From contig RHPI01001010.1 in NCBI GenBank assembly GCA_009103225.1, positions 221,299 to 277,067 of the forward strand: a DNA stretch of 55,769 nt, given 5' to 3'. Origin of the DNA: Chlorokybus atmophyticus. Lineage: Eukaryota; Plantae; Mesostigma and Chlorokybus algae. The notes beneath the pieces are model-generated. The model did no database searches. It was not told the DNA's origin and was given only the letters and a program-made list of their open reading frames with translations. This document shows positions 1 through 11,567 of this stretch, piece after piece. The position numbers and the translations under genes are program-made. Numbering within the stretch: position 1 is the first letter of the stretch; the number at the start of each line of letters is the position of its first letter.

Positions 1-205
1 GCCTGGCCTGGCCTGTTAGAAGGGCGGGTTGCGCTGTTGCACTTAACAACGCCATCATGCACATGCAACTCAACTACTCTGTGTACACACATATACACAA
101 ACTCACCACCGTGCCGCCGCCGCCGCCGCACAACTATCTTTGTAAATGAAGCCGTTAAGCGTTTGAAACGCTGCTGCGTTTCGAACGCTCGACGTCTTCA
201 AGTTC

Positions 206-325
206 AATGGCACAATAGTACCACTAAAATGGTACGACAGCACCGTTGTACTATTGAATGATGAGTACCGTACAAGGTACTTTGATGGGATTGTTGTACC
301 ATCGCAATGGTACTATTGTTCCATT
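206..325. repeat. Small MITE-like inverted repeat (18-bp arms)
   Basis: aatggcacaatagtacca (206-223) is the reverse complement of tggtactattgttccatt (308-325) with 1 mismatch. No clear TSD. Confidence 0.55.
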
Positions 326-798
326 ACGTGTGCCGAGTATAATTAACCGGACTGACAGGTACTCGCCGCCAGTGCTCGTCCCTCTTAGGAGATTTAGTTA
401 AGATTGAGTGGTCACTTGCTTGCCAATGTAGGTTAGTCGCCGCTGCGGCTTATGTACGGCCGACGGCCGGCCGCGGGTCAACTCCGACTCACCGGTGTCG
501 ACCGCCGCCATTAGGGGCCTGAATATACACTTAATTGCCATTACAGGTAGGTCGCCGTTACGGAAGCAGTATGACCGGCGGTCGGCCGTCAAAATATGTT
601 GATGTCACGTCATCACCGGTATGCAACAGTCCATTGTACTATACGATCGGCGGTTGGCAATTGATTATTGTCCACAATACGCACCGGCAGTTTATTCAGT
701 CCCTTTGTAGCCCAAGTCGTTAGGTCCGTTAAGGTCATATAGGGTCAGGCATCCAATAGTCCCTCAGTCTCTCGTCAGTCACCGTGTAAAATTTGCGA

Positions 799-2605
799 CG
801 CTTCCACAAGTACCATATTGCGCAACGCCCATTCCCTTCTTTCGAGTCGCGACAATCTTGGTAGGCATGTGTAGCACCGTGCTTGCATACAATGCTTAAT
901 TGATAATGCATCCAGGTATGGTGAGCTACTGTTTCCTGGTGAGAGGACTGGAAAGGCTATCAGTTACAGACATCAATATTTGAACTCCTGTGAAACATTC
1001 ACAAAATGTGGCGTCGTCACCGGCCGCGCCAAAGTACATGCCCCGTGCAAAGAAGCGAGTCAGCAAGCTATGAATGCCGGGTGAGTTTGCACTATTTTGT
1101 GTTATTATCTTGATGTGCACAGCTTAGCACTTGGTTTACAGGGCACTTTAATAAATCCTATGTGACACAGCTTCATGTGGGTACTTGTGCTGTAATAGCA
1201 GGTTATGGGCATCAGAGTCACGAACATAAGCATGTGCTGGCCCGGTCACGGTTTCCCTTACCCGACAACATCCGTAAGTGCATCTTCCCGAAGCTTGAGG
1301 AGCATCTTGCCTTTGTCATTCAGGTACGTGTTGTTGGATTTTTTAACATATAACTTGCTCATTCTGAGAGGTATTTGCTTCGCAATATGAGGTCAAGTGT
1401 TGCACTGTATTGATGTCGGCACACGCTTTACACATGCCTGCAGCGCTGCTTCGATGGTCCCGACGAGGTGCGAGACTATGCTGCATACAAGCATCTTCTC
1501 ATGTTGGACTATCTGCGAGATGTCATTGGACAGGTAAGCATGCGTATATCCTTGTTAACAAGTGCAGTCCGTGAGTCTTGTGTATTGCTTATCAGGACGT
1601 CGCCATCATGCGCAACGAGGTCGTTCAACTGCGCGGCAGTACCACTTACGGTTGCACGGATCTATCAGTTTGTAACCACGATCTGTTCAACACGCCACAG
1701 TTCAATGCGTGGGCCAACACCGTCGTCGCCACTCATGACCAGTCCATGCAAGAAGCAACTCCACAATATGAAGATTTGCCAGACCGGGTATGTATGACAC
1801 ACACTGGCATTGGCAGCTGCTTCATTGACTTGATGTTGTACAATGTTCGTTTGTCCCTTTAATGGTTCTTAAGGTCTATGTTGTGGATGCACAGCTAGTG
1901 CACATCATGCGCGGCAACTACGCATTGATGACCGTGACCAAAGATCGCATTGTAGACGTCGCCTGTAAGCTTCATCATGTCATAACAGCTATCGACGCTG
2001 GCTTTGCAGCGACAAAGGCAGAAGTGAAGATTGTGGCTGACTTGGTGCGAAAGCTTGGAGCCGGCATGGGGGTGTCTTTGCCTGCAAATGTCGCATCAAC
2101 AGCTGCTCGTGAAGAGGCACCGTCTGCACCATCACCATTACGCAAACGCGCACGTGCCAATGATCCCAGTCGTGCTCCTGATCCATCATCAGCGGCAGGC
2201 GACAACGTTATTCGGCAATCACCTTCGATCGCCGCTACCTCTGTACCTACCAAGTATAGAATGAAGATTGACTTACCAACCGTGGTGGAGGTGTGGCAAG
2301 AATACACGACGGGCATAGATGGTGGGCCCGCAATTCGCGACTTGGACGACAAGTTCAAGTGCACTTGGCGTTGCGGCAATGAGCGCATGCGCAAGCAATA
2401 CGGGAAGCGCAATGTCCTGTCTAAAGCTATAAAGGAGTTGGCGGCATCACGGAACATCAGCGAAGACATGGCAGCACAACAGTTGGATCAGCAGCGGCAG
2501 GAGCAGCAAAAGCCAACCGCAAACGGCAAAGGCACCAGACTTTTGACTGTAGCAGAGCTGACTGAAGTGCTGCGCCCCAAGAACAGGAAACATGTTGGCG
2601 AATAG
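799..2605 (+). pseudogene. Crypton-like (Ndc10 domain II tyrosine recombinase + GCR1_C) transposon gene, 5'-truncated and degenerate, intron-containing
   Basis: Spliced translation gives RFHKYHIAQRPFPSFESRQSW|YGELLFPGERTGKAISYRHQY...KVHAPCK, then W-x8-Y (TWFTGHFNKSY), LARSRFPLPDNIRKCIFP, DYLRDVIGQ|DVAIM...HDLFNTPQF and C-terminal YRMKIDLPTVVEVWQEYTTGIDGGPAIRDLDDKFKCTWR (GCR1_C/Hot1-like). GT-AG introns at 861-915, ~1324-1443, ~1534-1594 and ~1789-1874. The 1081-1122 junction is out of frame. Confidence 0.8.
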
Positions 2606-2689
2606 CTTAGTTGATCCGGTGCAATAAGTTGATAATTTGTGCAGTCACTTGTTTCAGTAGCTTGCACATGGGTAATTTTGGCTCTGTTG

Positions 2690-2935
2690 CCACACACACA
2701 CGCGCGCACGCGCTCGCACACGCACACAAATGCATACATGTATACGTATACGCGCACACACACACGCACGCACACCATGTATATATGTATATATACAAGT
2801 ATGTATGTATATATACATGTATGTATGTATATATATATACATGTATGTATGTATATGTATATACATATATATGTGTATATATACATGTGCGCACATGTGT
2901 GTGCGCGTGTGTGTAAATATATATACACATGTATG

Positions 2936-3033
<98 letters not shown>

Positions 3034-3034
3034 N

Positions 3035-3110
<76 letters not shown>

Positions 3111-3198
3111 ATAAGTATATATGTATATATGTATGTGTGTGTATATATATATGTCTCTCTTCCCATATAAATATTAATATATATATATATGTGTGTGC

Positions 3199-3243
<45 letters not shown>

Positions 3244-4010
3244 CATATATATGTATACATGCATATATACACATATACATATATACATATATATACATGT
3301 GTATATATATACATATATATACATATATATACATATATATACACATGTATATACCTATACATATATACACATATATATACATATATGCGTGTGTATATAT
3401 ATATACATATATATGTATACATGCATATATACATATATACAGTATACATGTGTATATATATATATGTATACATGTGTATGCCTATACATATATATACATA
3501 CATATATACATGTGTATATATATACATGTATATATATATACATGTATAATCCATACATGTATACATATATCGCAATAACAGTTGTGACCAATTCGTTAAC
3601 AGTGCGTCTTTACTCCTGAACGCAATTGAGGACTCGACAATAACATTATAATGCATTCAGGTTGCATGCTAAAGCTGTACACATCATCATTAAAATTGCG
3701 ACCGGTTCCATCAACGATACGAGACTTCATACTCAACAACTCGGANATATACACATGTATGTATATACATATATACATGTATATTCAGTACATATGTATT
3801 TATACATATGTTACCACCTAGCAGCACTCACACATATATACATGTATATACATATATATACATGTATATACCTATACATATGTATATTTACATACATACA
3901 TACATGTATGTTCTATACATGTATACATATATACACATGTATGTATATATATATATTTAAATGTATATTCAATACTTGTATAAATATATACATATGTTAC
4001 CACCTAGCAG
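2690..4010. repeat. Compound microsatellite block: (CA)n, (GA)n, (TG)n and degenerate TATACATG/TA arrays
   Basis: Directly visible: (GA)n ~2940-3001, (CA)n ~3005-3105, TA/TG-rich arrays to ~4000, with a unique spacer at ~3570-3745. Single Ns at 3034 and 3746. Confidence 0.95.
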
Positions 4011-4310
4011 CACTTAGCAAATGACGACGCTGGCGCGGACGGGCGTCGACCGTCGGCCCGGGGTGAGCGCCGAGGGCGGCCGCTCGGCCGTTGCGGCGCC
4101 GGCCTTTCCCGCCGGTCGGGCCCGCGGGGGCCACGCGGACGGTGCGGGCTTCCGACTCCGCTGGGACGGACCGTCCATGGTCCTTTCGGGGCTGCGATAT
4201 GTGGCGCAGTCTCGCACCAGCCACGGTGAGCGTCCGGACCATGCCTGATCCGACTATCAAGTTCGTACGGAGCATGCGTGGTTCGTACGCACATTACGGT
4301 CAATGCAGGG

Positions 4311-4787
4311 CAGTCTACCCTCGCTAAGAGCATACTGTTTGTCCCCAGCAATCGCATGCTCTTGGCGAGGTTATGCTCTTGGCGATTAGGAGAATAACAT
4401 GCTCTTGGATGTCAAGAGCATAAATATGCTTTAAGCGCGGTTTTATCACGCCCATCACGCCCATTACGTCAAGCGTATAATACCACGCCCGTCGCGCCAT
4501 CACGCTCGTCACATTCGTTGCGCGTCACACCTAAACCATCACGCCATTTTCATAACGCGCGTCACGCGTTATGCCACACCCGTCACGCACTACTCCCCCG
4601 ACCTTGGAATATCGCTCACTAAAACTTGCAAGAATTACATGACATAAAAATATGCTCTTTGCGGTTAAGCATATTCTCTTAAGCACCAACATGTGCCTGT
4701 AGAACGTTTGGTAATCTTATATTATATATTTCATGCTATTAGCGGGGTTACTCTTTTGAAAGGAAGTCTCTTAGCGGGGGTATACTG
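4311..4787. mobile_element. pogo/Tigger-family MITE (non-autonomous)
   Basis: TIRs cagtctaccctcgctaagag (4311-4330) and ctcttagcgggggtatactg (4768-4787) match at 18/20. TA follows the right end; the left TA is missing. The TIR core matches the pogo element at 16480-19787. Internal atgctctt/aagagcat and catcacgc motif arrays. Confidence 0.75.
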
Positions 4788-7760
4788 TACAGCTTTGCAC
4801 CGACGCCGTCAGCAGAGTTCAAGCTCTACGGCACGACGGGCAGTGCAACGCAGGACTGGCGTTGCTTGGCGCTGAAGCGGCGGCGGCGGCGGCGGCAGCG
4901 GCGGCGGCGGCAGGGTGTTGTTGTCTCTTTGCTACTGCCATCACCAGCAGTTCTAAATGTAAGAGCTGCTGTTGTGTTGTGCACGCACAGCAGCCGCTCT
5001 TACTGCAGCACTGCACGTGATTGTGCGTGCATACCACGACAGCGTTTTTTTCTTGTTACTTCTCGTTGTTGTTGCTTTCAAGGCTTCGGCTTGCTGCCAG
5101 CTGTTGCTCACGTTTTACAGCGTAGGCGACTGCTATTGTTCGAAAGAAAAGTCACTAGCTTGCTATTCGTCCCTCCCTTTTGTGTGCAGGGCACAGGACA
5201 ATGTGGTCTGCCGCGTAAAATGAAAGGCAGCGGCGTCAACACTTTGCCTTTCAGTTTGTTCAATCATGCATGTACTCATTGGGCAAGCATAGATATCATC
5301 AAGCCATTCAACATGCACATCATGTGTGCTAGTACGCTGACAACTTTTCCTTAAAGCTTATAACACCGCAGGCACCCAAAGATGTTGAGTTCCGCCGACG
5401 GCGCCAGCACGTCACGATGGAATGGCGCATAAACATAGCAGCAGGCATAAGGCTGCTTTGCTCCAGCCGTACGTCAACAAATGAGCAACAGGCAAGCTTG
5501 ATGTGTGAAGGCGCTGCGTTAAGCATTCACCTGCTGCGAAGGTGGTGGGAGTGGTGGGGGGTGGCGGGGGTCTCATTAGATGCTTACGTTTTGATTAGCC
5601 AGCGATTGCTCATCCTCAGGTGTCGTATAGTCCTCTGTTACAATTGCAGGCATCATATAATCCTGTCTTGATTTGAACCAATAATGGCGCTATTACATTG
5701 TGAAGGTATTCGCTTAACTTCACTCGTGTATGGCTGCTAAAGTTTTGAAAGGGGACTTGGGCAGCAAGGAACATTGCACATTACATACACATGAAGATGT
5801 ACAGTCCCACTTCCATCCACCCTCGTGCTCCCTCTCACCCATCAGGCCCTTCCTTTGTCATGCCTAGTGCCCACACATACCAGCCATCATCGGGCATGCC
5901 TACATCGAAACCATCGCCTGGCCTACCAGCATACCAACGCAGGCGCGTCCCTAACCAGTAGCTAGGTAATGACTTCAGAGTAGCTCACCACCATAGCCTA
6001 CATAGGCACCGCGCGTAGCTGTTTAGTTGTAAGTTCAGTTGCAAGTTGTGTTCTATATCGAGTGGCAATTGCTGTGGAAATAGCCTTAATATAACCATTA
6101 GCTTATGTTCTGAACTATCATGATTTGACTTATATAAGTAGTCACAGTGTTCACCGGATCAGCTGGTGACACTGTGAGTGAGAAAGCTAAGAGCTTGTGA
6201 AACGACTTGAACTGCGAACACGCCATCCCGGTTACCAAGAACCCCCTCACTGTGTGAGAGCTTGTACATGCTCGTGTGTGCATCATGCTTGTCATCGCTA
6301 TGAGCTTGGTGTGCCTGGTTGCAATGTGTCTGTTGGCATCAGTCAGGGCATAGCATCCACATGTTGCTTGCTCATTCACCTCACTTAACAGTGTAACATA
6401 TTTTCCGCTCATGCAAAGAACTGTGTAAACCGCACTACCTACAGTAGTGGCTTGTTGACTCACAGTGTCACCCTCTTTGCTCAAGAGTGCATTGCATTCT
6501 GCATCAGATAGTGCAGTATGTATCTGGGGACACATCCATGTGCACTCGTTATCACTGTCATTACATAGTGCGCACACAAGCACTAGTGTGGTGAGTGGTA
6601 GCGGCAGTGAGACAGGCAGTAGAGCGCAAACACTCTACCACATGGCGCCTGCAGTGCGTGCCATTCACGGCACAAGCAGTCAACTTCTTCGTCGCAAACG
6701 GCACAACCAGGCTATGCCGTCGGGACTTCCTGGTAGAAAACGCCGTCCGCGGTCGGTACGCAGACTGCAGTCTTGTGCCGACGTCGGCACCTTTGCTGCC
6801 TTGTGCCATTTACGGCACACACACAAGACAGTCGAAGTTGAAGTCAGCACCACAAAGCTGGTGCCGTGATTGGTACAAGGTTCCACTTCCCGATCACGGC
6901 ACGAGACCAGCGATCCATTGACTGTTCGCGACTCATTGTGCCACTACCGATGCAAAAAAACATTGCCGAGAGCGGCATAGCAGACTTGTACCGTAGCAAA
7001 GCAGCAGCCTTCTCTCCTCCTGCGCTTCGACCGGCAGCGGATTACAGCAGTGGCTTGTGCCGAGAACGGCACAACACACTCGTACCGACCAGCAGCCTTG
7101 AAGCTGAGCTGAGCTGGGCCGGAGCTCGAGCTGAGCTGCAAGCTTGGAGGAAGAGAAGGATGCGGCGGCGTGCTGCTGGGATACTTGGAGAAGGCAGTGG
7201 CGTGAGCTGGTGCTGCTGCTGCTGCTGCTCCTGAGCTGTTTATGAGAAGAAGCTGCCTTTGCCAAGAAGCAGAAGCTGGCAGAAAACACACAGCAGCTGG
7301 AGCTGGAGCTGCGGCAGGTTGGATAAAGCTGTGTCTGAGTTCTTGGGTTCTTGGGGACAGTCGCTAAGCTGATGGTGTTGTTGAACAGAGCTGCTGCTGC
7401 TGTCGAACAATGCTGCTGTTGCGAAGCGGAATCGCTGCTGCTGCAAAGCGGAAGTGCTGCTGCTGCGAAGCGGAAGTGCTGCTGCTGCGGAGCGGAGCTG
7501 CTGACAAGCTGTTGGGGAGAAGGAGCTACTTCTGCTGACGAGCTCTTGCTGGTAAGGCTTATGCTAGCTTGTTATTGTTGCTTGACCTGCTCTGTCAGTG
7601 ACGCTTGGTCGAGAGTGTCTGCCTTACAGTCTAGTAGCTTGCTGCTGGGCGTCTTGCATGCAGTGACCGCTGCTGCCAACTATTAGCCCCCAAGTTGTCC
7701 CTCGTATGCTGTCACTGCTGGCAGTATTCAAGTCCAACTTACACGCAATCATCTGCAGCC

Positions 7761-10393
7761 ATGGCAAGACGCATTGTTCAACAGTCTGCTGTTCTGCGCG
7801 AGCGTGAGCAGCTTAATGAAATGCTTGCACTGATCAAGCATGCTGGTGGGAAGCCACGCAAAGCCAGTGTACGTGCTAAACGGTCACTGCTTAAAGAGAT
7901 GAGGGCCGCCTAGAAAGCGCGTTCAACAAACATCAGCCCGCACCTCACTGGAGGAGCAGGTGATTTGCAGCTGCCTCCACCTGCGTCTGCCTTGGAGCCC
8001 GAGCCTGCGCCTGAAGATGCCGTGGAGGCTGAGCCTACGCCTGAAGATCAACCACACCTGTCCAACCAGCAGACAGCAGAACAATCTTCTCCAGAGATGC
8101 CGGACTTTGGAGCCGCCGAGCAATCTGATCATTTTGGCAACCAAGAGCCTAAGCCTGAGCAGCCTCCAACCTTCAGTCGCGACCTTTGCCTCTGCTCCAA
8201 GTGCAAAGGCTTGGTCAGTTGCTTCGCTTGGCCTGCGCTGATGAACAAGTGACCATGCATGCACGTTGCGTACACACCCTTACTGTATCGCAGATCATGT
8301 AGCCGCGCTTGGTTATCGATGCGCACTTAGCCAAAGACGAGGCGGCCAAACGGCTGAGGAGCATTCCCACTGTGCAACCCACTTTGAACAGCTTTGATGC
8401 AGACAAGATGCCTGATCTGCAGCAGACGTCTACGACTTACCTGGACAAGATAATTGAGATCTCATCCAGCATAGACGAAGCTGGAGTCTCGCAGGACTGC
8501 TTCAACAAACTGCTCCATGTCCTCTTAAAAGGCGAAAGCTCCTTGATGGCTTTGGCTGGGAGGGATGTTCGATGAGAAGTGCGAAGGCTTCAAGCTGCCT
8601 ACTACTTGCAAGTGCCTTATTGGCATGTATGAGCGCATGGGGATGTCTTCAACACTGCATTATTCTGTCTGTGCCTGCGGCTACCTGTTCGACAAGCCCC
8701 ATCCGAATGCTGAGCTCGTTGTGCAAGACGAAGACTCCGTGCGCTCCTACTACCGGCAGCGCGAGAAGGAGCGCAAGGCCATGGCAAGGACGAGACACAC
8801 TTGAAAATACAGGAGGACAACCGCAAGCTTCAAAGGGCGCTGTGGGCCAGGTTCCCCGACCACTGTGTTGGCAGGAGCTTCAATCGGGCCGGCCCAGCTT
8901 ATGACATGAGGGAGGAGGTGGTGGCGTGTGTAATGCACAATTACGCTCCGCTGAAGATCAATGGACAGATATTGCGTTGGTCTGCAAGTAAGTAGTCTGC
9001 GTCTGCGTATGTGCATGTGCGTGTATATACCAGCTGCCACTTGCCAGATGTCTTGTGCTTCTTGCAGGATGGCTGCTCACTGCCTCTTGTTTGCAAAATG
9101 GATTTGTGAGCAAATTCGCCGGTTTGTGGACAATGCAAGACGGGGCCATCCATTAACTCCAGGCGAAACGGTAGGCTTGACCCGTGAGCAGCGCAAGGAA
9201 AAGATGCGCGCTGCACGCGCTGAGAAGCGCGCTAACGCAGAGGAGCCAGCTCCACGCCGCTCGCGCACAGACCACGGGCTTGGCACAAATTTCACCGCTG
9301 CAGACTTTCCCTCCATCCAAAATGCTGTGCTGCTTGCCTTGTTGACTGCTGAGCCACTCTCTCAAGCGTAGCTGCGTAAGGAATGGGTGGCTTTCAGGTA
9401 CGCCAGTTATCCTCTTGCACAAGGCTTAGTTTGCACTCGCACTCGTAAGGAATTCACATGCGGCTGGTGCTGCAGACCCGCAGGAGATGCTGCAAGCACC
9501 AGCGGCAGCAGCAGCCGCAGGGTTGTGGCTGTTGGGCGCGGTCAAGTACTGGAGGCGCTTGAGCAAGAGACTCCTTGGCGCAGCTACAAAGTGAAGGTGC
9601 TGGAGTGGTACAACGCCAAGGGTATCGGTAATCAACGCGTCTACATGCCAGTACGTGACACGGATGGGTATGCTGGCCAGCTGTCCGGGGACGAGCACTT
9701 GTGCAGCAATATCTTGGTGAGTGTAGTAGATCGTGTGCTGCGGCACAGCACACTGCAAGCGTAACTGCACGGAAGACTATATGCGTGACATGCAGTAATG
9801 CGGCTGCTTGAGTGATGCAGGGACGCAGTTGTGCTTGGCCTGCATCCTTGGTAGCCCCGTCTGCAGTCTGCACTTGCTCAGACTGCTCTCCAGGCTGAAT
9901 TGCAGAAGTCACCCCAAGATGCGTTCGCGCGCTCGTGGTTGACAAGCGCGTGCAGCCAGAAGACCAGCATGACATCAATCAGAGGGTAAGAACGTTGCTA
10001 TGGGTTGTAATGTGTGCAGTATGCTTGCATGATGCACACTTGTAACAATTCTTGCTTGCAGGTCAATTGTTGCTCTGACCGCCTCATGCACTTGGCTGGC
10101 ATCTGCTGCAATACCTTGTGCGCCAATGTTCCCCACCGCGAGAGCTTGCTGGAGGTGTACACTTCCTGGAGGGGGACATACGGGACGCAGATTGGGAGGC
10201 TGCTGAAGGAGGACCATCTGCTTGCAAAGTTCACTGATTCGCAGATCGGTCTCATACTTATACATTTACAGTCAACAAGCGCTGGCTGGTACAGGATGAC
10301 TCCGGAGAAGCACGCTATGGCTGGCACTGGAATAGTCAAGCCAAGCGACAACCCGGTCCATAATAGAGTACCCAGCTGGAGACCTTCGCTCAT
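7761..10393 (+). pseudogene. Decayed EnSpm/Tnp2-like transposase remnants lacking the DDE core
   Basis: N-terminal-like SQDCFNKLLHVLL...LPTTCKCLIGMYERMGMSSTLHYSVCACGYLF and C-terminal-like VGRGQVLEALEQETPWRSYKVKVLEWYN. Many stops and frameshifts; a GT-AG intron at ~8988-9068. The family call is from recalled motif patterns only. Confidence 0.5.
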
Positions 10394-10751
10394 CTTTCTT
10401 ACAGCAACCAGTCTAGCTTCCTGCTAAAAGTTTACCTTCTTGCTAGCAGTTTAGCTTGCTACCAACAGTTTAGCTTACTGGTAGCAGTTAGCTTCTTGAA
10501 AACAATTGGAGCCTATTTTAGTAATAGTCAAGAGTACATGGTACAACGTAAACTCCAAATGAGGTCAAGATTTCTCTACCAGGAAAAATGTTTGCAATTT
10601 ACCTGCATATGCCTGCTATATTGTGCTCCTAGTTGTGGAATAGAGATGGCTGGGCCGCTATCGGCACGACTGCTGCTGCGCCAAAGTCGGCACAATCATT
10701 CCTGTGCCGCCAACGGCATAATTGTTGCTGCTGCTGTGCCGAAGTCGGCAG

Positions 10752-11220
10752 TGTTGAGATTCGGACACTACTGACCATGCATGGAGTTGGTACAAGCACA
10801 AGTACACACACTCTACCAGAGCATACACACAAGGCTGATCCAAAAGGCTTTCTAAGGATTAAAACAAAGTCATACCGCGGGCTTTTATACCCGCCAGTTC
10901 TGCACCTGTCTACTCTAGAAGCCACCACGACTTCTACACTCAACCGATTCCTGCGCTCTAAGTTGCACCACGTAGGTACTTTCAAGAGCTTTCCAACAAG
11001 CTATAACACGCGCCATACAATGACGTAACCACCGAGCTACAACGTTTCTTCTACAGCGCCTGGAAGTCTCCAGACTCCGGACTCGACTCCGCGCCTGGGA
11101 CCTTCTCGACTGAAGTCCTCGCGTGGACCTTTCTCGACTGGAACCTTCTCGCACCTGAAGATTCTCGCGGCTATTCTTATCTACAGGGCAAGCTGACCGG
11201 ATACAAGAATATCCTCAACA
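10752..11220. mobile_element. Solo LTR (469 bp), probably Copia-type
   Basis: TGTTGAG...CTCAACA termini with a 5-bp TSD GGCAG (10747-10751 and 11221-11225). Absent at the equivalent site in copies B and C. Confidence 0.9.
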
Positions 11221-11225
11221 GGCAG

Positions 11226-11345
11226 AAGTGCTACTGTGCCGAAGACGGCAGAAGCACTGCTGTGCCGAAGTCGGCAGAAGTGCTATTGTGCCGAAAACGG
11301 CAGAAGCGCTGCTGTGCCGAAGACGGTAGGGTCGCAGCTGTGCCG
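11226..11345. repeat. 26-bp subterminal tandem repeat of the CMC element (ctgtgccgaag(t/a)cggcagaag...)
   Basis: Units contain tgccg-N4-cggca inverted pairs. Also at ~14700-14820 (4 units) and ~27095-27240 (5 units). Confidence 0.85.
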
Positions 11346-11567
11346 AAGATGTTAGAAGTACTGCTGTGCCGAGGTCGGCCCAATGCAGTTTGCGGCAGTA
11401 ATCAGCTTGTGCCGGCTGACAGATGGTGACTTACGATCCTCTGCCGGCACAAAGCGACTTGTGCCGTCTTTGGAGCAGAACTGCTCGCAAAACTCGAAGG
11501 CAGGTGCCACTGACGGCACAACTGGCTTGTGCCGAGAACGGATTCTGCTGCAGGCGTCGTGTGCAAG

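Larger units (their letters stand above)
6639..11563 (+). mobile_element. CMC/EnSpm(CACTA)-like DNA transposon, internally deleted, copy A (both ends present)
   Basis: Imperfect ~43-bp TIRs starting CAC(A): cacatggcgcctgcag...cggcacaagcagt (6639-6680) versus the reverse complement of 11521-11563, cacacgacgcctgcag...cggcacaagccagt (first 16 nt 14/16). Many gtgccg/cggcac subterminal repeats at both ends. No TSD found. Confidence 0.7.

Noticed and set aside
2488-3780. Many overlapping 100-330-aa ORFs
   Set aside because: Artefacts of stop-free dinucleotide microsatellites (HT/CV/YI repeats).
6098-6583. Cys-rich ORF resembling a SWIM zinc finger (TCGCY...RH)
   Set aside because: The third Cys of CxC-xn-CxH is absent and there are no other MULE motifs.
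6619-6638. Hairpin gtagagcg-caaa-cactctac as a Helitron 3' end
   Set aside because: No CTRR at the expected ~10-12 nt distance and no matching 5' TC end or helicase remnants.
7180-7690. ORFs rich in C/A/L/S/Q
   Set aside because: Products of (CTG/GCT)n low-complexity sequence within the transposon 5' region.
11226-11345. 26-bp repeats as a possible CRISPR array
   Set aside because: The units are contiguous with no unique spacers, there are no cas genes and the context is a eukaryotic transposon subterminus.
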